Of a stretch of DNA of 36,495 nucleotides, positions 9,604-17,702 are shown piece after piece. The stretch is from the UHGV virus genome UHGV-0114752. One strand, written 5' to 3'. Under the pieces are notes generated by a model that saw only the letters and a program-made list of their open reading frames with translations, searched no databases and was not told where the DNA came from. Position 1 is the first letter of the stretch, and every line of letters begins with the position of its first letter. Made by a program: the position numbers and the translations under genes. Source of the DNA: a virus.

Positions 9604-10070
9604 GTCTTCTGCCTTTTATCACACCCCCCCCCAACATAGCAACCTTTTTCTAAACATCAACTCCATTCTCTCCTATATTCATTCATAGAACTGCTCTCAT
9701 TGCTGCTCATTCAATAACACTTCTCTTCTCTCTCTCCTCTCTCTCAAAACCATTTCTACCATCTTAGGCTGATCGAAACTGATAGCTGCTCTCTTCTCAT
9801 AGCCTATTCCCCTCCTCTATTACATATTGGTGTACCTTCTTCTCCCGCTTCAACCCCGCCGTCGTTTTTCCCCGGGGGTGGCGCCTCCATCCCTGCCCGT
9901 GTGCCCCCTAGTGGTGGGTGCTGTGGAGCGCTCCCTTGTGAGGGCCATCGCCGTCCCTGCTGGAGTTGCTATAGTCCGAGAGCATCCCCTCCCCAACTGA
10001 TCGATGCCTCCACGGAATGGGAGAGTCTGATGAAAAGAATAGCTTGATCAAAAAAACATAGAAAAAAGTA

Positions 10071-10099
10071 TTGACGCAAGGTGAAAAAAGATATATAAG
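10071..10099 (+). promoter_or_regulatory. Sigma70-like promoter TTGACG-17-TATAAG for the plus-strand early operon
   Basis: TTGACG at 10071-10076, 17-nt spacer, TATAAG at 10094-10099, 33 nt upstream of the ATG at 10133. Hexamers read directly. Confidence 0.45.
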
Positions 10100-10132
10100 G
10101 AAGGCATCAACCAAAGAGAGCCGAGAAACAAA

Positions 10133-10435
10133 ATGACCGAAACTATCATCAAGAACGGAATTAGGGTTAACGCCTATGCACCGACCAGATTGCTGGAAGG
10201 CCTGCTCGCCTGCGATGGCCTCAAGACGGCAGACCAAGCGGAAGCCAAGATTGAAGAAGTGACGGGCATCAAAGTAGTAGTGGACTATTATCGCGGAGAA
10301 CTCTTTACGTCGATTGACGTGATGCCGTTGAGTCATTTGGCCACACTAGACATCTTGAGGATTGAGGCTGACGAGGCGTTAACGTTTGACGAAATTGTTG
10401 AAAGACTCACAACCCCTTCCCAACTGCCCGCCTAA
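10133..10435 (+). CDS. Hypothetical early protein (100 aa)
   Basis: ORF track; first gene after promoter-like element. Confidence 0.5.
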   Translation: MTETIIKNGIRVNAYAPTRLLEGLLACDGLKTADQAEAKIEEVTGIKVVVDYYRGELFTSIDVMPLSHLATLDILRIEADEALTFDEIVERLTTPSQLPA

Positions 10436-10464
10436 ACCAAAACCCAAACCAAACCAAAACAAAA

Positions 10465-10764
10465 ATGAATACGAAAGAAGAAAAGAAAGAAGTGTATCTG
10501 TGGTCGTGCTACACGGACGGCTATCAAACCTCCATGACCAAGTGGGTCACCGCCAAGACGGAACGAGGCGCCATCATCGCGGCTCATCGTTGGTGCGATG
10601 CCGAGTTGCCTTATGCGACGGGGCCGCATCACCACGTGTCGGTGATGAAAACGACATTGGACGAGGACGGAGAGCCGGAATACGATAAAAAGTACATGGT
10701 CCGGCATCAATCTCGCGGCCTTGCAACTCGTTGGGAATGGAAGGATAACGACTTTAGCCTGTGA
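10465..10764 (+). CDS. Hypothetical early protein (99 aa), His/Cys-containing
   Basis: ORF track; AC-rich leader ACCAAAACAAAA immediately upstream. Confidence 0.5.
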   Translation: MNTKEEKKEVYLWSCYTDGYQTSMTKWVTAKTERGAIIAAHRWCDAELPYATGPHHHVSVMKTTLDEDGEPEYDKKYMVRHQSRGLATRWEWKDNDFSL

Positions 10765-10964
10765 TCGACTCCATGAAAACCGCCGCACTCATAGCCTTAG
10801 GCGTGGTTAGCCTCATCGGATTCGCCGCAATCATCCGTAGCGTTTGGCAGGACTACATCTACCGCCGCGCGCCGCTTGGTGCCATGTTAGTAATTGGCTT
10901 GGCGCTAATCATCATGATGGGCATCACGTTAATGGCGCTAATCTCAATAATCATAAACAACTAA
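10761..10964 (+). CDS. Small membrane protein (67 aa, two predicted TM helices)
   Basis: Hydrophobic stretches AALIALGVVSLIGFAAII and LVIGLALIIMMGITLMALISIII; 4-nt start/stop overlap with upstream gene. Confidence 0.5.
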   Translation: MIDSMKTAALIALGVVSLIGFAAIIRSVWQDYIYRRAPLGAMLVIGLALIIMMGITLMALISIIINN

Positions 10965-10976
10965 CAATCAATCAAA

Positions 10977-11201
10977 ATGAAGACCGGCGATTTAGAAAAC
11001 TACGTAGAGTCCTTGCACCTCTACAATTCGATCTCCGACCTCGAAGACGACAAGCCGCGCCTTTTCGCCGACGAAGACGTCCCAGACTTGGAAGAATCGG
11101 AGACCCTCGCACGCCTCTTCCTGAATCGCCTTAAAGACCAAAGAGAAATCTTAGACTTCGAGTTTAGCGATAAAGGACTCATAATCATTCTCGAGGAATA
11201 A
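10977..11201 (+). CDS. Highly acidic small protein (74 aa, about 28% Asp+Glu); candidate DNA-mimic / anti-restriction-like early protein
   Basis: Composition counted from the sequence (21 D/E vs 8 K/R); early-region location. Function is inferred. Confidence 0.4.
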   Translation: MKTGDLENYVESLHLYNSISDLEDDKPRLFADEDVPDLEESETLARLFLNRLKDQREILDFEFSDKGLIIILEE

Positions 11202-11255
11202 AACAACCACAACAACCAACACAACAACAACAACATACAACTATAACAAATCGTT

Positions 11256-11858
11256 ATGAATAAAAAAATCAAGGAATACCAATGGAAGGCTCTACTCATC
11301 TTGGGGCCGCACACCAGTGAAACGCGCGAACTCGAAGGCACGCTTCAATCCGTCTCCATCGACAGCGCAATCACCACCATCAAATCCAGAATTGCAAAAG
11401 GTGGAGACTTTCACGCGATTGCCTTCCTGTATGACACAAAAACTGGTCAGCTCATCACAACCTCCACCCTCAAGAAAGAAAAGTGCGCGTCCTATCGCCA
11501 AAAGGAAGAACGAAGAAAGCCTCGCGTCAGGAAGGCCACCTCAACCTTCGCACCTCGCATCACCTATGCCTGCAAAGTCGATGGCGTCGTCCGTCAATCA
11601 ATCTCCATCAAAGAGTTCACCATCGATCCCAACGGCAAGCTAAGGGCATCCTCCGGCGTCCTAGAGCTTCCCAAAGAGATCACGCCAAGACACAAGTTCA
11701 TGACCCCAGAAAAGGCCCACAACGCCTCTAATCTCATCATTCAGCATCTCATCAGCAAAGGCATGTTCCCAAGCCGGGAAACACTCGAAAAATGCACCCA
11801 AAAGTGGATCAATCACAACCAACTCATCGACGCTCTAAATAGTCAACCTCAATCATAA
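11256..11858 (+). CDS. Hypothetical early protein (200 aa)
   Basis: ORF track; followed by terminator hairpin. Confidence 0.5.
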   Translation: MNKKIKEYQWKALLILGPHTSETRELEGTLQSVSIDSAITTIKSRIAKGGDFHAIAFLYDTKTGQLITTSTLKKEKCASYRQKEERRKPRVRKATSTFAPRITYACKVDGVVRQSISIKEFTIDPNGKLRASSGVLELPKEITPRHKFMTPEKAHNASNLIIQHLISKGMFPSRETLEKCTQKWINHNQLIDALNSQPQS

Positions 11859-11885
11859 ACCTAGCTCCAAAAACCAAAGAGTCCA

Positions 11886-11932
11886 AGAATGCGGCAAGTG
11901 GCGAAAATCCACATGTCGCATTCTTCTTGTTT
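11886..11932 (+). terminator. Intrinsic terminator (plus strand) ending the first early operon
   Basis: Stem AGAATGCG / CGCATTCT enclosing an inner stem GTGG / CCAC, followed by TCTTGTTT. Confidence 0.45.
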
Positions 11933-12366
11933 AAACACAACGCATTACAACACATTTCCTAACAGCCTCCAAAACTCTAACAAATTATCCACCAACTAAC
12001 TCACACACAACAACTTCCCCATTTTCCCATTGACGCTTTCGCCCAAGTGTCATAAATTGTTATCAAACTTTAACTAATTCATAACACACTACAAAACCAA
12101 CGTGTTGACAATTTCAAAACAAAAAAATATCGACCGATGCCGCAAAATAGTGTTGATTCCAAGGTACCCTATGGAGCCGCTGTGCGGTGATATGACACGG
12201 TCGGTGAGTCCCCCGGACGGCCACCGTCCGCACTTGTTAAACGAATTGAGAGTATTCTATGACGATATGGTGATGTGAGTCAATGAAAAAAAATGATGTT
12301 TATGTCAGAAGTTTGTCCTGCTTGAGAGACGAGGAATGAATTAAGAGAGCTGAAGAGGGTTTGAGA

Positions 12367-12396
12367 GGCTTGAGGGATGGCTTGAGGGATGGCTGG
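12367..12396. repeat. Tandem 12-mer GGCTTGAGGGAT, 2 full copies plus a partial third
   Basis: Read directly; lies in a GT-rich, C-poor non-coding stretch. Confidence 0.7.
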
Positions 12397-12605
12397 ATGC
12401 TAAATGGTTCGGCGTTGGTTTGGTTGTGGTTGTATGTGGTTTGGATTCATTCCTTTGACGGTGTTTTTGGATAGAGGTTTTACGGAGTTTGCTGGTAATG
12501 AGGTTGTGAGTGCTAGTAGATGGAGGATTGTGCCCTGATGTGAGGGTTTTGTGGTTCGTTTGTTGGGAGTGGTTGGTGGTTAGGGGTTTTGGGAGATTTG
12601 CCTGC

Positions 12606-12661
12606 GTTTGCGTGAAAAAAGACATAAAAGGTTCTTGTGTTTGCGTGAAAAAAGACATAAA
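12606..12661. repeat. Two direct 23-bp repeats GTTTGCGTGAAAAAAGACATAAA with 33-bp period (iteron- or operator-like)
   Basis: Copies at 12606-12628 and 12639-12661 are identical. The second copy abuts a perfect TATAAT at 12662-12667. Confidence 0.7.
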
Positions 12662-12667
12662 TATAAT
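12639..12667 (+). promoter_or_regulatory. Candidate promoter: repeat copy 2 followed by consensus -10 TATAAT
   Basis: TATAAT at 12662-12667. Upstream TTTGCG / TTGCGT at -35-like distance (15-17 nt). Would drive the 52-aa ORF 12699-12857 and the 13049 operon. Confidence 0.35.
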
Positions 12668-13048
12668 TTCAACAACTTGAAACTTGAGAAAAAAACAGAT
12701 GAATAGAAACTGGTCTAAGATTGTAGAAGCATGTGGAGATCGTCACATGGATGGGAATGAGCTTGAGAGGGCTTTCTGCGGGGTTGCTGATCGTTTGATG
12801 AGTCTTTCTACGTTTTTGAGGTGGAACGAGGTTCTGATGGGCTTGGAATGGTTTTGATCGACATTTTGGACAACGGCTATGAACGCGAGAGAAAGAGAAG
12901 AGAATTTTCGTTTGAGGAGAGATGAGCTACTACGAGAGTTCATTGATCAGGGGACGAGAGATTGGAAGGGAGTGGAAGACCCTCTTAAGCATCCTAGAAG
13001 AGCTTGAAAAAAATGATAAGGAAAACACAACCAAAACAAGAGAAGAAT

Positions 13049-13678
13049 ATGGAAACAGAAAAGAAGATAGATGAAGAGGCGGTCGATATTGGCGACTCTC
13101 TCAAGTCTTTTATAAAAAAGGCAGAAAGAGAATTGGAATATTGTAGCCTTTCCGAGAAAGATATTTTAGTGAAGTTGCGCGTGGTGGACCTACTGTATGT
13201 TGCGACGAAAGACGCCTATGAACTTAAAGGTCTTCCTGCTAAAGAAGCGTTGCGCCACATTTTGGGGAGGATTTTTTCACAAGAGGCGAGATTACCCGAG
13301 ATTTCGTCTGATTCCTCTCTTTGCAAAAGCATCTACCTCGAGCTTGTGGGTGACGTCTCCAATAAAGAGAAGATTTGTCTTTATTCAAGAGCCATCCATT
13401 ACGTGTGGTACGATTTTGAAAACTTAAAAAGGCAGGCAAGGGTATTGCCATTTGAATTTAAAATTGCTTTTGGCCGGGAAGACCGCGTTTTCGAAACGAA
13501 ATTCATAAACCCTAGTTTTGATTATCTAGGATATCTTAAGGAATCACTACTTGTGGCGTGCGAAAGGAACGCCCAAAGGATAGGTAAATTGAGAGCGTTG
13601 ATTGGCCACTTAAAAGAAATTAAGAACGTCTTTCCGCAGGAAGAACTTAAAAGCTTATTTCCCCATGAAGAACAGTGA
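13049..13678 (+). CDS. Hypothetical protein (209 aa from ATG 13049; track lists TTG start at 13004), first gene of AT-rich island
   Basis: The ATG at 13049 is preceded by the conserved leader ACACAACCAAAACAAG found upstream of other plus-strand genes. No recognisable domain. Confidence 0.5.
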   Translation: METEKKIDEEAVDIGDSLKSFIKKAERELEYCSLSEKDILVKLRVVDLLYVATKDAYELKGLPAKEALRHILGRIFSQEARLPEISSDSSLCKSIYLELVGDVSNKEKICLYSRAIHYVWYDFENLKRQARVLPFEFKIAFGREDRVFETKFINPSFDYLGYLKESLLVACERNAQRIGKLRALIGHLKEIKNVFPQEELKSLFPHEEQ

Positions 13679-14036
13679 TTTGACAAAGATGCTTGCTAGC
13701 ATGCGTGAGTTAAGAGATTTGACGCACGGGGAGCTGGTGGATAAGCCCATTGACGGGCGGAGGTATGTGACGGTCACGGCGATAGACGTGTTGAACTGTT
13801 CGTTCTTGTTCAAGAAAGCGGTTGAAAAGATTTTCATGGACACGGCCAACGTTGACGTTGGGAGCGTCGAAAGGAAGGTTCTCGTAGATGAGGATTGCGG
13901 GGTGGGAGTCCCTGCCTTATCGCTCACATGCTCCGTTTTTACTGGGGAGTACGGTTTGTTCTACGCCCACTACCAAAGGATGCAAAAAGCAGTTTTTGAG
14001 AGCTTTGATGCGTCCAATATCCAAGAAATTTTATGA
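13665..14036 (+). CDS. Hypothetical protein (123 aa)
   Basis: ORF track; 14-nt overlap with upstream gene. Confidence 0.45.
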   Translation: MKNSDLTKMLASMRELRDLTHGELVDKPIDGRRYVTVTAIDVLNCSFLFKKAVEKIFMDTANVDVGSVERKVLVDEDCGVGVPALSLTCSVFTGEYGLFYAHYQRMQKAVFESFDASNIQEIL

Positions 14037-14084
14037 GGTGCTTAGCCTCTCATAAACATAAACAACCAAAACAAGAATAATAAA

Positions 14085-15530
14085 ATGGAAGTACAAGAAG
14101 AACTAGAGCTGGAACTGGATGACCAAATAAAAGCGCCTGTTGGGTGCGAATATGGGGCCTTAATAGGAACTTTTATCGAGGCATATTTAAGACCTAGAAT
14201 AGAAAAGTATTTGGAACTTAGAGAATCGGATAAAGAGGAGTTCCGCCGAATTGGTTGGGCATTAGGTCGTCACCAGCAAGAATGCACCAAAGCTGTTATC
14301 AAAGCGTGCTACCTGTGCGGGATTCCTCTTCCTCCCATGAAATTCGGTGAGGCGATGACGTTAACTAGACATTTAGCTTATCATGTCAGTAGCAACGACA
14401 TATGGAGTCCTGATAGAGAACTCTTGCCCTTTATGAAGGGTCCCCTAGAAGAGAATAGCTTGGAGCTTAACACACTAAAAGACCTCATTCTTTTGGATGA
14501 TGATTATCTCGGCTATAGAGAGTACATTGACAAACCATTGGAATATACAGGAAAGGGTCTCGTCGAAGTTGTTACAGACGTTTACCATATTTATAAATAT
14601 TATTATGAATTGTCGAAAGAGATTAACGAAAAGCCTAAAATAGATAAATTCAAAAAGTTTATAAAAATAAAAAAGAGTAAAGACGGAAATAACCACTCAA
14701 TTATATATACCAAATTGGATAGTAAAAAATACTATTCTAAAAGAAGAGCTTATCATGGCGAAATGCAGATAAACAGATATTTAGAAGAGAAAGAAGAGAC
14801 CTTAGATAATTTACGTCTTGGCTTAGAAATAGAATGCGTTGCGAGAGATATTCCCGCTTTTGAGGTAATGGAAAAAGACCTTTCGAATTTCTTCTATACC
14901 CAAAGAGACGGCTCTCTTCCGATACACGGGAGGGAAATCACTACATTTCCTATTAACTATAAGGACTTGATCGCGGACGGGGGAGTTCTGGACGCGCTTT
15001 TCACTTATCATACGGCCCACAGGGCAACATCTTTTGATATTAATGAATGTGGATTGCATTTTCACGTGTCACGGGAAGTGATCGAGAAAAAATGTGATTT
15101 AAATTTAGTGTATGAAAGGATCATCCGTTTTTATTACGGAGATGGGGAGAGTAAAGGCCTTAACAATAGGATATTCTTGCGAGGGAACGGCCATTATTGC
15201 AGGAAGACGACACTTATTAATTTAATCGAACGCATTGGATTTGAAAATGTAAAAAACAAGGCCATAGCGAAAGTTATAGCTCAAGAGCGCCCGCAACAAC
15301 ATTACTTTGAAATCTGTTTCCATGAGAAGGGAATCACATTAGAGTTTAGGCGAGGGAAAGGATGCATATCGCCCGAGCATGTTAAATGCATGTGCGAGTA
15401 CGTGGCTCTTCTCGTCAGGTATAGTTGCAGTCGGCTTTCAACCGGGAAGAATGATTTGGACTCCTTCAAAAAGTTCTGCGCTAAACGAGCCAAGACAAGA
15501 AGGCTTAGGAACATTCTTGAGCTTGATTAA
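14085..15530 (+). CDS. Glutamine-synthetase-like amidoligase (Amidoligase_2 family) with about 230-aa N-terminal extension (481 aa)
   Basis: C-terminal half carries GLEIECVARD (G-x-E-x-E metal site), QRDGSLPIHGREIT and CGLHFHVSR (G-x-H-x-H) motifs characteristic of GS-like amidoligases. Preceded by leader AACAACCAAAACAAG. Confidence 0.65.
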   Translation: MEVQEELELELDDQIKAPVGCEYGALIGTFIEAYLRPRIEKYLELRESDKEEFRRIGWALGRHQQECTKAVIKACYLCGIPLPPMKFGEAMTLTRHLAYHVSSNDIWSPDRELLPFMKGPLEENSLELNTLKDLILLDDDYLGYREYIDKPLEYTGKGLVEVVTDVYHIYKYYYELSKEINEKPKIDKFKKFIKIKKSKDGNNHSIIYTKLDSKKYYSKRRAYHGEMQINRYLEEKEETLDNLRLGLEIECVARDIPAFEVMEKDLSNFFYTQRDGSLPIHGREITTFPINYKDLIADGGVLDALFTYHTAHRATSFDINECGLHFHVSREVIEKKCDLNLVYERIIRFYYGDGESKGLNNRIFLRGNGHYCRKTTLINLIERIGFENVKNKAIAKVIAQERPQQHYFEICFHEKGITLEFRRGKGCISPEHVKCMCEYVALLVRYSCSRLSTGKNDLDSFKKFCAKRAKTRRLRNILELD

Positions 15531-15547
15531 CTAACATACATAAGAAT

Positions 15548-15838
15548 ATGAAATTAACGGGAAACATTACAAAAGGTTACCAAGTGATGATAAGATTATC
15601 CTGTGGGTTCGAAAACTCGCATCAAAGAGCCGTCTCTAAATACAACATAGGAGAAATTAGGAAAATAGCTAAAGACCTAGCGAAGTCTTATTTCCTTGAG
15701 GGGGAATACACGATATCGGAAAGCAACTTTTTCAGATTAGTTTCAATTTCTATCTACGCTGACGGAGAAGAGTTGATGATGCTAGACGACATTGCGGAAG
15801 GATATTTAAAAAAACTTAGTGAACTTATAAAAGCATAA
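15548..15838 (+). CDS. Hypothetical protein (96 aa) between amidoligase and amidotransferase-like genes
   Basis: ORF track; co-oriented, 17-nt and 4-nt gaps to neighbours suggest one operon. Confidence 0.45.
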   Translation: MKLTGNITKGYQVMIRLSCGFENSHQRAVSKYNIGEIRKIAKDLAKSYFLEGEYTISESNFFRLVSISIYADGEELMMLDDIAEGYLKKLSELIKA

Positions 15839-15842
15839 ACAT

Positions 15843-16490
15843 ATGTGTATCATTGCTTACGGTAAAAAGGGAGACATGACGTTGACACAGCTTAGAACCT
15901 GCATGGAGAATAACCCTGATGGATTCTTCCTGTTAGGATATGAAGAGCATGAGAAAACACCTCACGTCTATTTAAGGACATTTGAAACCACAGAAGTGGA
16001 GGAAGAATTCAAAAGGCTAAAGCCGTCCGACAATTTCATCTTCCACGCCAGAATAAGAACACATGGTTCTATCACCATGAAGAACATTCATGGCTGGGAA
16101 GAGAAGGGATGGATATTCTGTCACAACGGAGTCTTGCATATTAGGGCAAGGGGCGATATGACGGATTCAGAAACCTTCTTTAAAGATATTTTTATCCCTG
16201 CCTTTGGAGATCAGAAAGCCGTTTCCTCTTTAGGGAAAATCAAAATGGTGAATGCTATCATAGGCACTAGCAAAATGGTCTTTTTCAAAGAGGGGAAGAT
16301 GCTATCATTCGGGAAATTCCTAAGGCCAGACAAAGAAAAAGACGTCTGGTTCTCCAACAACACTTACCTAGCTGTGAACTGGTATCCTGTTTTCCCTCCA
16401 CAGGTAGGCTTTAAAAGTAATAAAGTACGACCTGCCGTTAATAGTTCGTTCCATTATCTAGACGAGAATCTGGAATACGAACTGATTTAA
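15843..16490 (+). CDS. Class-II glutamine amidotransferase-like Ntn-hydrolase (215 aa)
   Basis: Begins MCIIAY (nucleophile Cys directly after initiator Met, hallmark of Ntn / GATase-II fold) and has FCHNGVL (HNG motif). Adjacent to the amidoligase as in known phage pairings. Confidence 0.6.
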   Translation: MCIIAYGKKGDMTLTQLRTCMENNPDGFFLLGYEEHEKTPHVYLRTFETTEVEEEFKRLKPSDNFIFHARIRTHGSITMKNIHGWEEKGWIFCHNGVLHIRARGDMTDSETFFKDIFIPAFGDQKAVSSLGKIKMVNAIIGTSKMVFFKEGKMLSFGKFLRPDKEKDVWFSNNTYLAVNWYPVFPPQVGFKSNKVRPAVNSSFHYLDENLEYELI

Positions 16491-16511
16491 GGAATAGAAT
16501 GAGTGTTTATC

Positions 16512-16546
16512 ATGGGCCGACATTAGAGCATGTCGGCCCATTTTAT
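16512..16546 (+). terminator. Intrinsic terminator between convergent genes
   Basis: Perfect 12-bp inverted repeat ATGGGCCGACAT / ATGTCGGCCCAT with a 6-nt loop, followed by TTTTAT. Overlaps the last codons of the minus-strand 16543 ORF. Confidence 0.6.
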
Positions 16547-17178
16547 GAAACGGCTAGAGCATCTTCAACATTTTCATAGGCACATCTGGTGACAATGGAA
16601 GAAGTCGGGGAGGATGAAGAGATAAGAATCGTTTTCCTCTCCGCATCGGACCTTTCGGAGAGAATGTTTGAGAAGTGCGATAAGTTAATATCTGAATTAT
16701 TAATGTTCTGAATATCATCTATCACAAGAGAGCCGCAATTCAACGCACGCATGAGCATGCGAGATTTATCTCGGTTCTTGTAATTGGACGCTTCCAGCAA
16801 AAGACTTAACCCCTTCACATAGAATATGGTATCACCTTTTCTATACCTATTAGCCAGCCAAGCGCAAGCGGCTAAAGTCTTTGGTTTCCCATTCCCATGC
16901 AGAAGGAGAGAATCTTTCATAGTGCTTATCACCTTATTATAAAGCGCTGGAATATCATCATTTTTCATGCTTTCGAGAATGCGAAAATGCTTTATTGGGA
17001 TACGAGCAAGCTTTAAGTCTTCCAGAAACATTTCCTTTTCCCGTTGCAATTTGAAAAGGATTTCCTGTCTGATGAAGTCAGGATCATTATTGTCCACGAT
17101 GGGAATGTTGGTGAACAGCTTGTCCAGAAGGAGTTCAGTTTCTTTTAAAACCTCCGATATTAACTTAGGCTTCGACAT
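16543..17178 (-). CDS. DnaC/IstB-like AAA+ ATPase (helicase loader-like), 211 aa
   Basis: Walker A-like LLLHGNGKPKTLAACAWLA (cf. DnaC GxxGxGKT(H)LAxAI) and Walker B-like SLVIDDIQ. Confidence 0.5.
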   Translation of the reverse strand: MSKPKLISEVLKETELLLDKLFTNIPIVDNNDPDFIRQEILFKLQREKEMFLEDLKLARIPIKHFRILESMKNDDIPALYNKVISTMKDSLLLHGNGKPKTLAACAWLANRYRKGDTIFYVKGLSLLLEASNYKNRDKSRMLMRALNCGSLVIDDIQNINNSDINLSHFSNILSERSDAERKTILISSSSPTSSIVTRCAYENVEDALAVS

Positions 17179-17205
17179 AGGATTAGACCTTTTAAAAGTG
17201 GGGCG

Positions 17206-17586
17206 CTAGAACGTGTGGGAAACGTCGAAGGAAAAAGTTTCCGAGTCAATTGTATAGGTGATTTTCCCGTTTTCGAGGTGACAAGAGACGGTCTTGTTCA
17301 ATAGGGCCGCTTCGGCAAGCTTTTGAAAGTGGAGAGCTAGAACGTGATAGCTTTTATCGGCGCCATCATCATTGAAAAGGAACGGAACATTTGAGAAAAG
17401 GATATTCATCTTCTTCACCGAGAGCTTCTGTGCCGCATAGAAGGCCTTCTGCATGACGCTTTTAGTGGGAAGGATGCCTACAAGAGATAAGAAGCTTCTT
17501 GCCAGTTCAGGATTCTTCCGAACGAACTTTTGAAACTTAACAAGGTGATCCTCGCTATAGAGCGGCTGAACTTTTTTCTGTGCCAT
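17206..17586 (-). CDS. Hypothetical protein (126 aa), co-transcribed with ATPase; possible replication-initiation partner
   Basis: ORF track; 27-nt gap to downstream ATPase gene. Confidence 0.45.
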   Translation of the reverse strand: MAQKKVQPLYSEDHLVKFQKFVRKNPELARSFLSLVGILPTKSVMQKAFYAAQKLSVKKMNILFSNVPFLFNDDGADKSYHVLALHFQKLAEAALLNKTVSCHLENGKITYTIDSETFSFDVSHTF

Positions 17587-17633
17587 GACGTCAACCTATC
17601 AGCAGATCGCATGGGATAAAAGACAAAAATGAG

Positions 17634-17661
17634 TTGACCGTGGCATGAAAAATGATACAAT
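17634..17661 (+). promoter_or_regulatory. Sigma70-like promoter TTGACC-16-TACAAT for the recombination operon
   Basis: TTGACC at 17634-17639, TACAAT at 17656-17661, upstream of the 17679/17703 start. Confidence 0.45.
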
Positions 17662-17702
17662 GAATCCATCCTCAAAAGTTGAAATCAACTCAATACATTG
17701 AA

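Noticed and set aside
9908-10336. 142-aa minus-strand ORF spanning the divergent promoter region
   Set aside because: Overlaps the plus-strand promoter and the first early gene. Would be transcribed toward the packaging operon without a start context. Likely an artefact of the GC-rich islet.
12183-12236. tRNA-like or small structured RNA (GTGCGG...CGGACGG-CCA-CCGTCCG-CAC hairpins)
   Set aside because: A 7-bp stem with 3-nt loop is present, but there is no cloverleaf. The 7-nt loop GGCCACC does not match a T-loop (TTCRA). No acceptor or anticodon arms could be built. Kept only as a hairpin within the non-coding region.
12341-12658. 105-aa minus-strand ORF with duplicated MSFFTQTQ and Thr/Pro/His/Ser low complexity
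   Set aside because: The duplication is simply the 23-bp direct repeats translated. Composition reflects the GT-rich non-coding block. No upstream gene context on that strand.
12606-12661. Possible CRISPR array
   Set aside because: Only two repeat copies with a 10-nt spacer, no cas genes. More consistent with iterons or an operator.
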